Shown in pieces: positions 13,288 to 24,000 of a DNA stretch of 64,000 nt (its first letter is position 1; each line of letters opens with the position of its first letter). Source of the DNA: Enoplolaimus lenunculus (Eukaryota); assembly GCA_030248215.1 (NCBI GenBank), contig JASANG010003005.1, positions 248,001-312,000 on the forward strand, written 5' to 3'. Below the pieces are notes generated by a model. The model saw only the letters and a list, made by a program, of their open reading frames with translations. It did not search any database and had not been told where the DNA came from. The translations under genes were made by a program, and so were the position numbers.

Positions 13288-13842
13288 CATATTCCTAAGG
13301 CAACGCGTAAGCCTACATTGTAAAAAATGGAGAGTCAAGTTGACTCACCATTCTTTGCAGTGTAAGCGTAGCAATGAGCTTATACCTAACGCTAAGCCTA
13401 AGCCTAAGCCTAAGCAAAAAATTAGTGTAAAGCATAAGCTTACTCTATTACAGCCCCGCAGAAAAAACGTTCGGGCCATGTTCTATACATGGGCCCAATT
13501 GTCGTAGCCTAGAACAGTATTTCAAACTTAAAACTTAGAATAATTATCTCATGTTTAATAGATGTATAATTTTAAAAAAATATAAGAAACTTTACGTTGT
13601 AAATATACAAATATATATTTTTTCTTGAGACGGCGTTTTATTTAATTTCGTATATTTTTTAAATTTCAGCATCTCACTTTTCGTTCTCGGATGGTCCACC
13701 GATAAGCACATTAGGTCGTATGGTATCGGGAGTCGGTGCTGTAACAGGCGTTGTGATTATGGCACTACCGATAACATTTCTTGTACAAGGATTTAGCGAA
13801 GCGTTCAGAGAATTTAAGAGTGAAAAACAAGATGGCAAATGA
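5281..13842 (+). CDS. Voltage-gated potassium channel-like subunit (Shaker superfamily, T1 + 6TM) with degenerate selectivity filter; ~485 aa, 7 exons
   Basis: Exons with GT-AG ends and matching phases: 5281(start uncertain; alternative acceptor at 5311)-5455, 6687-6853, 7700-7972, 9206-9407, 10735-10958 (alternative donor 10952), 12747-12990, 13670-13842 (TGA). T1: VSICVGGRAF...YSFNRDPVVFECIYQY...LHKPPYVC...DELTFW. S2 CNAWFTLELLVK; S3 IDVLAVLP; S4 LRVVRAVRIVRILKLAK; S5 ...FFGTILYYIE; S6 GRMVSGVGAVTGVVIMALPITFLVQGF. Confidence 0.9.
6434..6594 (+). mobile_element. Telomeric-repeat (TTAGGC)-bearing MITE, Merlin-like, subfamily 1
   Basis: GGCCAATGTTAC...(GCCTAA)n...TAACATGGGTC with TSD CAAAAAAT. 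Similar copies: 8623-8815 (TSD CTGAAAAT), 12192-12372, 19922-20105, 21210-21459, 23003-23193, 32314-32497, 39707-39956, 46045-46470, 52666-52805, 62437-62620, plus partial copies. Confidence 0.85.
8027..8224 (-). mobile_element. TTAGGC-bearing MITE, Merlin-like, subfamily 2
   Basis: GGCCCATGTATAGAACAGGGCCGG...CCGGCCCTGTTCTATA ends. Similar copies: 13162-13495, 23928-24052 (TSD GACGTAAG), 29869-30216, 32725-32911, 41948-42177. Confidence 0.85.
10422..10497 (-). pseudogene. tRNA-derived sequence (tRNA pseudogene or SINE head)
   Basis: Minus strand GCGGGCTGTATGGCGCAGTGGTAGAG...GAGAGTTCGATACTCTGGAGGCCCGC then TTTTT. A box, B box, a terminal stem and an oligo-T terminator are present; D and anticodon arms pair poorly. 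Confidence 0.65.
11070..11594 (-). mobile_element. TTAGGC-bearing MITE (subfamily 3) with an expanded internal minisatellite
   Basis: Perfect TSD TTATTTTT. Internal unit is (TTAGGC)n+TTAGAAATATGCTCATTTTTACAC, about 8 copies. Similar copies: 5520-5689, 40460-40863, 48611-48757, 53721-54053, 62114-62301. Confidence 0.85.
11925..11997 (+). pseudogene. tRNA-Thr(AGT)-like pseudogene or SINE head
   Basis: D arm GCTC/GAGC; anticodon arm GCGGA-CCAGTAA-TCCGT; T arm GTGGG-TTCGAGC-CCCAC. The 5' acceptor strand is mismatched and abuts a CAGGTGCGTAGCCAG hAT-type end. Confidence 0.7.
13193..13287. repeat. (AGT)n microsatellite inside a TTAGGC MITE
   Basis: Pure AGT run of about 31 units, expanded from the element's CAGTAGTA motif. 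Confidence 0.95.
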
Positions 13843-14200
13843 GAGTATTTAGCTTAAATATATATGCATTACAGCTCTTTCACGCTTCGTCTATAAGCTG
13901 AGTTTCCAGGCTTTGGCTTAGATTTTTAGCTTAGAAAAAGGCTTACGAACGCCTATGTTTTTGTTGTCTAAAACTTTTTCTAAGAATTTACCCTCAATTT
14001 TAAATGCAGAAGGAAAATAGGAGCCAAGAATGCAAAATTGGATTATATAAAAACTAAGAAAAGACGAATTCTATAAAGTTACACTCCACTGCAAGGTCTC
14101 GCGAAGATTTGTGGAACCAGGTGTGAGCTTATGGGGCTTGCTATTGAGGGCTTTGTGACCGATATGCTACAGATTTTCTGCCATCAAATTTTTAACCTTA

Positions 14201-14499
14201 AAGCCCTATTCACACGTGCAAGTTTTTGCAGCACAAACTTTCACGTGCAACTTGCATGTGCAAGTTTGGCCATAAAGCAACTTTGAAGTTCTTGCAGCTG
14301 CAAATTATTCACTTCAATTCATGCTACTGAATATAATTCGCACCTGTGAATGCGATTGTAAGTCGCTTGAATTTCTTGCACCTGCAGTTTGATTAGTCAA
14401 TCGGAATGTGCCTTTGAAAATACTTACAGCTGCAAGTATTTGTTGTAAATTGCAGCTGCGAGTTCTCGCTGCAAAAACTTGCACGTGTGAATGGGGCTT
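14201..14499. mobile_element. PIF/Harbinger-like MITE
   Basis: TIR AGCCCTATTCACACGTGCAAGTTTTTGCAGC / GCTGCAAAAACTTGCACGTGTGAATGGGGCT flanked by TAA/TTA. A second copy at 22408-22705 has a TAA TSD. Confidence 0.75.
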
Positions 14500-16523
14500 A
14501 ATTAATACTACACTATTCAAATTGGAAAGTTAAATATATTAACTTTTTTCGCTATGTTTTCTAACAAAATAAACTCATTTCTTGTTATATATTTTATGGC
14601 CTATTTTATGATAAGCATCATGCGCAAAATGGTAATTTTTTCTCTTAACATTTTACGCCAGACTTCATAGTTCACTCAATGTGGCTAACTATTACACAAA
14701 AATGTATGTGCTTTACTTGAAAATTTATACATTCAAACAAAAAAAAATTCGTGCAAAATTAAATTACTGACTGTTGTCAGTTTTAATTTGCATCAATCTC
14801 TGTACTTTTAAGTGTATACCATGTTTTGGAAAAACAAATTTTAAATTTTTGCCTAAAAACAAGCTTTTTCCGACAACCTCCCTAGCTTTATTGTTTTCAA
14901 TTTCGCTTTGTACCAATTTCAAATTCTATTTTGATCAAAAATCAATTCGAAAGCACAAATTTTTTAAATTCGATTAGAAATTACGGTGTTTGTCGTCGAA
15001 AAAGATACTTATTTTGGTCCGAAACATTTTCTAAAATTGTTTTTATGCGTGGGATTTTTGGATTTGGCTAAACGCCGTCCTCGAATTATACGTAAGTGGG
15101 CGGGCGTCCTTATAGCGGTGAATATCAACTGGGAACATCCTGACACAGCCTTTGGCTCTATTTACAAATTAGCATCCGGTTTCAGTTAAGGTTTTGCTGG
15201 AGGGATTGTCGGTGTTACTAATTCCTTGTATTTATATAAGAAATCTACCTTTCATGAATTTGTGTGTGTAACTTTGGGAGACTTGGAAGTTTAATTAAAA
15301 TTTCGCAACGAAAATACACATTTTTGACATTCGTTGCAGATTATAATATTCAAATTAGTAGATCGTATATCATTTGTATTTCTTAAATTTTGAGCTAAAC
15401 GAGCGTTATCCTGATGAACGTTGTACGTTTTTTCGCAACTTATTGAACATAGAAACTTAGCTTGGGCTTGCCGGGCCGGTAGCCAGCGGGGGCCAAGGGG
15501 GCTCAGCCCCCTGGAAAAATTTCGGCCCGTCTAGAAAATTTTCAACCTTGCTTATAACTCATTAAAAATCCTTGAATGCCCCTTCTGAAAATTTTTCAGC
15601 CTCCTAACAAGGTGAGCTGGCTACGGGCATGGGGCTTTACGCTACTGATAAAACTTGCATTGTAAAAACAATCATATTTATGTATAGAAACAGATCAGAT
15701 CTTATTCACTTGTCCTGAGCAAAGTCCCTTAACAGCAACAACATACTAACTATTGTTCCCATTGCAAAGGCAAACTAAATAAATCGATCTTGCCCTTTAA
15801 TACTACAACAAGCCCATGTTACTTTAAAAGGCGTCCAGGTTTCTTTTGGGTTTATAGAAGAGTAAGTTTAGATTCTAGATTACATTTTTTGCTTAGGCTT
15901 AGGCTTAGGAACACATTTTTGCAACGCTTAGGATAGGTTAGTTTAAAAAATTATGCGTATCCAGCGCAAACTTGATCAATCTTGAAATAACCAAAAATTT
16001 GCCTAAAGGGCGCCTCAAAGCTGCAAAATTTCTTAACACAAAAAGCATAAGAGCATAGTACCCACCGAAAAATAAACAATGGATCCGCCACTGTAAACAA
16101 TCAGGATTGTCTCAGGATTGCCTACCAGACAAACCATTTGTACAGCCGTTAGGTCCGTTGCGCCGGGAGTCTTTATTTTGTCTATACACACCAAAAACAC
16201 GTAAATTTCATTTTACCGTCTTCTACCCGTCCGGTCGCAGAAAGCCCTTCTGTGGGACTGTAATAGGTAACTTTAAGCTTTAGACTATTTCTCCAAACAA
16301 CTAAACAACCCAACAAAAACGTCTCTGCCACACTTAACCTATTTCAAACTAAATACTAAACATAACTAAATCCTAAATCAAAACCACACCTTAAGGGAGT
16401 CCCTGGCTCCACCAGTCCCAAACACAAAAAAATCCCCCCCTCCCAAAAACCCCCCCCCCCCCCCCAGGATAACGACATAGCTAGGCTATGTCAGCACCAA
16501 AATGGTGCTCTATGATTGGACGG

Positions 16524-16555
<32 letters not shown>

Positions 16556-16628
16556 GTTGTTGTTGTTGTTGTTGTTGTTGTTTGTTGTTGTTGTTGTTGT
16601 TGTTGTTGTTTGTTGTTGTTGTTGTTGT

Positions 16629-16659
<31 letters not shown>
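16524..16659. repeat. (GTT)n microsatellite
   Basis: Near-pure GTT run with single-T insertions. Confidence 0.95.
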
Positions 16660-17071
16660 GTAGGAGATTGTACAGGATGGGTGGCTCTGGACATAAGTAA
16701 GCATCGGCGGCACCCTATTGTGGGTGTCGGTCTGTATGCAGATTAGGTCGAAACTCACAGGGGTAGCGGGGACCGGAATCATTATTGTAATCCGAACTAG
16801 TGCGATCGTTGTTGGAATTTTTGTACCTAAGTTTGTGTGTGTTGCTATAGGCTTTTCGGTTTAAATTCATTAGTCGGCTTGGAAGCGAAAGCGTTGGTAA
16901 GTAGGATTGGAGTTGATTATAGTTTAAGGTTGTCACGGTGGCTTAAGATGTGAAGGAAACCACGGTGCACAGGTCTAATCGGAGTAGCGCAGGGCGCTCG
17001 TATTACCCAGTAGAGAATACTGGTGTCATGTGTTGAGGGAAAACTTGGGATTTTAAGGAGAACCTGGGAAA

Positions 17072-17229
17072 TTGTAGTCTAATAACTCTAACGGGGTTAG
17101 GTTTATTCTTCTACAACGGAGTGGCCAAATCTAACGGGGTTAGATTGGTCGGAAAATTTGGGTGCATCTCTAACGGGGTTAGAGTGCATGGTAAAATTGT
17201 GTGTAATTCTAACGGGGTTAGAATTGCAT
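17072..17229 (+). other. Array of four hairpins sharing the CTAAC-GGG-GTTAG apex
   Basis: TAACGGGG cores at 17089, 17132, 17171 and 17210; each has a different but paired lower stem. Confidence 0.8.
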
Positions 17230-18380
17230 TGACTTTTCGGGAATTGTAAAAGTTTTGGTAATTTAGAGCCAGTGGCTGGACTAAAAAGATTCATGCATCG
17301 GTTCTAAGGATTTCGGATCACGTTGCCAGGTGAATTGCATAACCTGTAATTTACTGGTGTATTTTGGTGTTGTCAAAGGCTTTGCGTGGGTTAATAAATA
17401 TTTACCGGCCGCGTTTACTAAATCAGAGCGATAAGCTTACATAGAGAAAAGAACTGAATAAAGGCGTGATACAGGATACCTGGTTTAGTAAAATCACGAA
17501 CTTCTCACATCCCTAATAAGAGTCCGTAAGCGGATAGAGTCCTTCAACCTTTCCAGGTCCAAATAATTTGACTTCGAAACTTTAAAGCGTACTTAAGTTT
17601 TGAAAGTACATTCCAACGAATAAACTTGCATTATCGCTCAAGCTATTGACACAACACAAACAAACATTTAATTCAACGGATAGTTGCAGTACCGGATATA
17701 TGTATATCAGTAACGAAGGGTGGCGGAGCATGGGTTAAAAATAAATAACAGTCCGTAGCCGAATAACAAGGGGGGTACCCTCTCTGTTTTAATGGCACTG
17801 TTCTATACATTGGCCATATTGTGTATTTAAAACATAAAACTTCCGCCAGCAAATAACAGCTAAAACATATATATCGTTTGCTTTTTCGACTTTATGTTCT
17901 ATTTTATTTGCAATTTTTATGTTTACAGTGTCGAGCATAAATATTTCTGCTTTCGAAAACGCAGAAACTGCACTTGAACAAAATTTTGCTATCTGGTGGA
18001 AGCGGGGTTTGGACCCTCAACAAAAGTGTACAGCAAAACGTGGATTGTTCACATTGCAAATGTCGTTCATTGAAAAGATTTTTTATTGTTTTTTATATGC
18101 AGTGGTGAATATCGCACCAATTTTTTTTTGTTTCTGATGATGTTTTTAAACTTTTTTAAGGCTTCGCTCTGCGCCAACTAAAATATATTAAGATCGCTGC
18201 AGGATGTGATTGTTTTATTTGCGTATACAAGGATATTTTGCAATTTTGTGTTGCATATGTCAAACTATTTTTGACGAGGGTCTTAGCATTGAATTGCTTT
18301 AGCTGGCAACTTTAAAATTATTTGACGCACAGGACGAAACATATTCGTATTGCCGTTGTGTTGGTCACTGTATTCATTCA

Positions 18381-18994
18381 TGCGGGGTTCACGTTATAAC
18401 TGCGGCATCCTGGAACACGTTTTGTCCCATGTTGATTCCACGCAATATAAAATTTTGTGATCTGAATAGCGGTTTGTAGACAAAATGCGAATGTCACATG
18501 ATATTGGCTTGCAAATTCCGCATCCATAGAAATCATCGTATACAAACAGCCATATGTCACATGATACCGCGGGACATTTATCGGAATATATGATATTCCG
18601 AAATTTTACCGAAAAACGCGATATTATGCAGGACAATGTAATTTATGCCCACGAATAATTTGACAAAAAGCCAGATAATGTAGCTGTTAGCGATTTCGAA
18701 TACTAAATTTTGTTTCTATTTTTCTGTTTCTGGTGAAAGTTCTGCCTAAATATATCCCTATGTACAAATAATTCAAACTTTAAAATATTAGTATCATATG
18801 ATATTCTACAGGACATTCAGGCTAGTTTACCGCGACCTTGCTGTCATTTTCAAACATGTCATATCATACTGACGGGCAATATTTCGAATATCATATATTT
18901 GATAGCGGATTTATGTGTAGACAAAATGTTACCCGCTATTGTAATAGGAACCAAACGTGTTCCAGGCTGCCCCAGTTTTAACGTGAACCCCGCA
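18381..18994. mobile_element. PIF/Harbinger-like MITE with ~45-bp TIRs
   Basis: TIR TGCGGGGTTCACGTTATAACTG...CAGTTTTAACGTGAACCCCGCA. A second copy at 59814-60492 has a TAA TSD and internal ATCATATGAT palindromes. Confidence 0.8.
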
Positions 18995-20658
18995 AGGGGA
19001 TATGGTAAATCAATTGCACAATACATAGACAACTCTTAAGCCTTTTTCGCCATGAGAAATTATGAATTTAATCAATATCAGGATAATTACATAATTTTTT
19101 GTTGTGATTTTGTTAAAGAGAACCCAAATAAGAACCGGGGTTATTATTTATACCCTTAATAAATACGAGTCTATATCTCTGATACAGTTCGTAAACTGGT
19201 AAAATATAGGCTTAGGCTTAGGAATATGGTTATAATAATGCGGCGCCCCTCTTTTTTACATCGGCCGCTAGATTTAAGGCCCCAACTCACAACTCCGTAT
19301 CTGTTCAATCCCGATGTCTGCTATCCAGCCTGAATTAACGAGCAACGCGGCCGGTAAACAAGTTTTACGTCTTAAAGCAACGCCTAAAAACCCTAACCTG
19401 CACTTTTTTGGTGTTAAAACCTTTAGAACTTTGCGCAAAATTGTTTCAAACTATTCAAGCTTACTCGCCGGAACTCTATCTACCAAGTAGATAAGCAACA
19501 TGAACTAAATTTAAATATCTAATAAATTTTTGTTTAATTAGCATTCCGTACAAAATATTCAACTCTGTATACGGTATTTTGAAGTGTTTTAAAACGTGCG
19601 AAATGCACTAGATTGTTCGAACGATTTTGCAGAAAAAAAACCAGCACCAACAACTATATATTTGAACTGCAGTAGCAATTTTTAAACTGCAATTCGCAAT
19701 ATAAGCTGACGCAATTGAATTAAAAAATGAACAGGTTTTTAAACAGTTTTTGACCGTTTGAGAGCTCTTGAAGTTCAGTTAAAAATACAGTTTCGAGAAA
19801 TTTTTTAGGCACCCGAAACGTTTTTTAGTCTTTCAAATAAGCTTAAAACTACATTCTAATTTGTTTACGGTGAATTTATTGAAATAGTTTTACAGTTTTG
19901 TGATTGATATATACATAAGTTGGCCATTGTTACTTTAAGGGGCGTAACAGTAGATTATACGCATTCCTAAGCTTAAGTCTAAGGCTAAGCGTTGCAAAAA
20001 TGTGTTCCTAAGCCTAAGCCTTAGTAAACAATTGTATCTAGGATCTAAACCCATTATTTTATAGATCCATCAGAAACCTGGACGCCCCTTAAAGTAAAAT
20101 GGGCCATTTGTTTTATCAGCTGAGAGTCTGCGATTCTCTTAGAAAAATCAGCGATCGTTGCTTTCACAAAAACACTAAATCGTTTAGCAATTGTGATTCT
20201 TTTTACTTAATATCACATAGCTAATGACCAGACTTAATATTGACAGCGGTTAATATTTTGGCTCTCTCAAAATCTAAAACCGGCTGTCTGATATTTGTTG
20301 TTTAAACCCTGTCTCAAGTATAGTAGACCGTGAAAAACTCAGTGCAATGTGTATTCGAATCCTAGCTTGAAATTAAATATTAAGGAAACATTTGTTTGAG
20401 AAATAGTTTAAACTAGTCAATGTGGTTGCAAATTTGCAATCCTAAAATATTCCTCACAAAACTTTTCACGAATGTGTTCTAATTTGCATATATATCCTAT
20501 GTCTTGTTTATATATCAAACAAATAAAATAATTACAGCTGGAACGTTGCCCAAAATACGTATGTGGGTCATTTCTGCTTTAATTACATGGTTAAACACAC
20601 ACATTTGAAATTTGGTAACGTGCTTGTGGATAGAACTAACGAATAAAATAGGGTCAAT

Positions 20659-21033
20659 TGTCCCATCTGTCCCAAGTCTCCCATCTGTCCCAATGTCCCG
20701 CTGTCCCATCTGTATATCTGTCCCAACTGTCCCATCTGTCCCTAGTGTTCCAACTGTCCCATTTGTCCCAACTGTCCCATCTGTCCCAACTATACTATCT
20801 GTCCCAAGTGTCCCAACTGTCCCGTCTGTTCCACTGTCCCATCTGTCCCGCTGTCCCATCTGTCCCAGCTGTCCCAACTGTCCCACTGTCTCATCTGTCC
20901 CAACTGTCCCGCTGTCCCAATTATATTTTTGGAATGTACTCCTGGTACATTGCTGTCACGGGAAAATGGGACGGGTACTCCTGGTATATTTCTATCCCGG
21001 GAAAATGGGACTGCCTTTAAAGTAACATTGGCC
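20659..21033. repeat. 9-bp CTGTCCCA(A/T) minisatellite ending in a Merlin-like TIR
   Basis: About 28 degenerate units (20659-20920) followed by CCTTTAAAGTAACATTGGCC ending at ~21033. Confidence 0.8.
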
Positions 21034-24000
21034 AGCCTAAGTATAGTCTAAGCCTTAGTCTAAGGATAAGCTTATAAGTAAACCTCAGATTAAGCAAAAA
21101 ATAGACTTAAAATCACTTTATGTCGACTGATTCTTATGTGCCAACCTAATTTTTATAGCTGGCTTCCGCTTGGTTCATGTTCGCCTACTGGTTGTTTTTT
21201 TATGATTTTAAGGCCGTCGTCCCGGTTTCTGATGGGTCTGTAAAACAGTAGGCTTACATTCTAGACTACATTTTTTGCTTAGGCTTAGGTTTAGGCTTAC
21301 ACTTAGGCTTAGGCTTAGGCTTAGACTTTGGCTTAGACTTAGGCTTAGGCTTAGACTTAGGCTTAGGCTTAGACTTTGGCTTAGGCTTAGACTTAGACTT
21401 AGGCTTAGGCTTAGAAATACGCTTAATCTACTGTTACGGCCCTAAAAGTAACATTGGCCAGCTTTTGCATACATTTTCTACATCCTTGTAAACAATGATC
21501 CATTATGTTTATCCGTTTCATTTGTGCTGTAAAATGCAGTAACTTTTTATCCGATCGAAAAAAATGTTTTGTAAAAAATCTTGTATTTGAAAACTTGAAC
21601 ATCTGCAAAATACAACTTGTGCCACCAAACATCATCGTTCTTAATCTTACAAAAAACACTCTAAAACAACAAGTTTGTGGCCATTTTGGAAGCCAGCGAA
21701 TGTTTCGAAGCTTTTTTTTTAAATGTTTCAAATGTTAAGTTTTAATATTTTTATTTTAGACTTTTAATTGTAGCGCTGAAGTAACGCAACGTTTCAGTTT
21801 CATTATTTGGAATTGTTTGTTATTTGATGCAATAAAAGTAAACGTTGCACCAATACTTGGCGCAACGACACCCACTAAAAATATACTTAAAATTAAGTAA
21901 AAACTGTTGACGAATTATAAGTGTCGGTTTTTACTTTACAATGGTGCTTGGCAAAGTTTTATTTAATTTTAAGCAAACACAAGATTCTTAGCTTTACATT
22001 TACTTAATTAATCAGGAAATGACAGCAGTACCGGCATTACAACTATCCGTTTAGTTAAACGTTTTTTGCCTTGCATCAAAACCTTGAGCGATAATGCAAG
22101 GTAATCCTTTGGAATGTTACTTTCAAAACTTAAGTTCGGTTTCGAACTCAGGTTTGTTTGGTCGTATAGTTATTTATGCGCTACAATTAAGAGTAATTGA
22201 CATTTATTGACTCTAATTAGGGTTTAGGGACTCTATCCGCTTACGGATTCTTATTAGGGATACGGATTCCTATTGATTGGGACTCAAAATGGGGACCTCC
22301 TCTTATTATCCCCTTCTTATTTGGGTCACTACAATATCCACATAATTTTAGCAAAGATTTAGATTTGGAACACTTATACTTAAAAAAGTAGTCAAATATA
22401 ACCATAAAACCCCATTCACACGTGCAAGTTTTTGCACCGACAACTCGCAGTTGCAACTTGCACTAAATACTTGAAGCTGCAACTGTTTTCAAAAGAACAT
22501 TTCGACTGACCAATCAAACTGCAGGTGCAATAAATTCAAGCGACTTGCAACTGCGTTCAAAGGTGCGAATTAAATTCAATACAATAAATTCCAGTGAATA
22601 ATTAGCAGCTGCAACAAATTCAAAGTTGCTTTGTGATCAAACTTGCGCGTGCAAGTTGCACGTGCAAGTTTTTGCAGCAAAAACTTGCACGTGAAAATAC
22701 GGCTTTAACGTGGAGTGTTTTTTATAGAGTACTAGAGAAATCGCACGTCGGACGCTTTTCTTACGCTTAAAATTCATTTTTCGCGGTGAAATCTAATCAA
22801 ATTAAAGACAGCTGTCTGATTTACTACTATACTGCCTAAAATAGTGAAAAACTTAAAACAGACAGCGTAATGCGATCGTTCACTGAATGAATTTCACTAT
22901 GACAACTTCGTACAAGCAATCATGATTCTTTTTAAGCAACAGTATCAAGAGACAAGGGATGAATTTTGTAACGCATGCAAGCAGACAATCTATCCACACC
23001 GCGGTCAATGTTACTTTAAGGGGCGTAACAGTAGATTAAGCGTATTCCTAAACCTAAGCCTAATGGTAAGCGTTGCAAAAAACGGGTTCCTAAGCCTAAG
23101 CCTAAGCCTAAGCAAAAAACGTAAACTAGAATCTAAACTTACTATTTTATAGACCCACCACAAACCTGGACGCCCCTTAAAGTAACATGGGCCAGGGACT
23201 CTATCCGCTTACGGACCCTTATTAGGGATACGGACTCCTGTTGATTGGGACTCAAAATGGGGATTCCCCTCTTATTGTCCCTTCCTCCTCTTATTCGGGG
23301 CACTACAGTTACTTAAACTAGCTATGTAGCCAGATTGTAGTTTCTTCACAAGTTGCACTATAAATAAGCCGGAAAAAACGGCATTCCAGAATGAACTATG
23401 TTTATTTTCGGAATGGTTTTTGTTCTGGAAACTACTACGGTTGGTTCGATATGTGAACTAATGCAAGTCTGCAACTGTTGTTATATTTCTACAATGACGC
23501 GAGTGTTCTGGCATTTTCTACGTATGATGCCAGCTACTATGCTGCGTACTACAGCGCTTAAAGACTGGTTGAAATGTGATAAATGGCTTGCGGTGTTTAA
23601 TTATATGTATTTTGCGTTATAACGGTGTATTGACAGGGACGGCTTTGGGATAGTCGTGACCTACTCTCAAACAGGCCTGAGGGGATCCCAATAATATATT
23701 TACAGCTCAATAACTTTGTGGTCCGCAAAAAAATTTTAAGCTTGCCAGGATGGGACCAAAAAGAGTCAGGGGTTCCTCAATCGGGGCTGCTTGGCAGGCG
23801 CTTCCGCCGGCACTGTTTATTGAGTTGAGTTTCCCTTGAGTTCTGATTCCGAGTTGGCAGATACGGTTTAAACTGTGGTTTGCAGTGCGAACTGTTTTAA
23901 GTAGTATTAAATCTGGACGGACGTAAGGGTCCATGTATATAACAGGACCGGATCGTTTTCCGGAGGGGCTACAATAGTTAGGCTTAGTGCTTAGACTTAG

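Noticed and set aside
17072..17229. Mini-CRISPR interpretation of the palindromic repeats
   Set aside because: The repeat core is only 13-15 nt, and the intervening sequence forms part of the stems and is mutually similar.
21285..21415. True telomere or chromosome-fusion scar
   Set aside because: The tracts are short, degenerate, occur in both orientations and are enclosed by MITE sequence.
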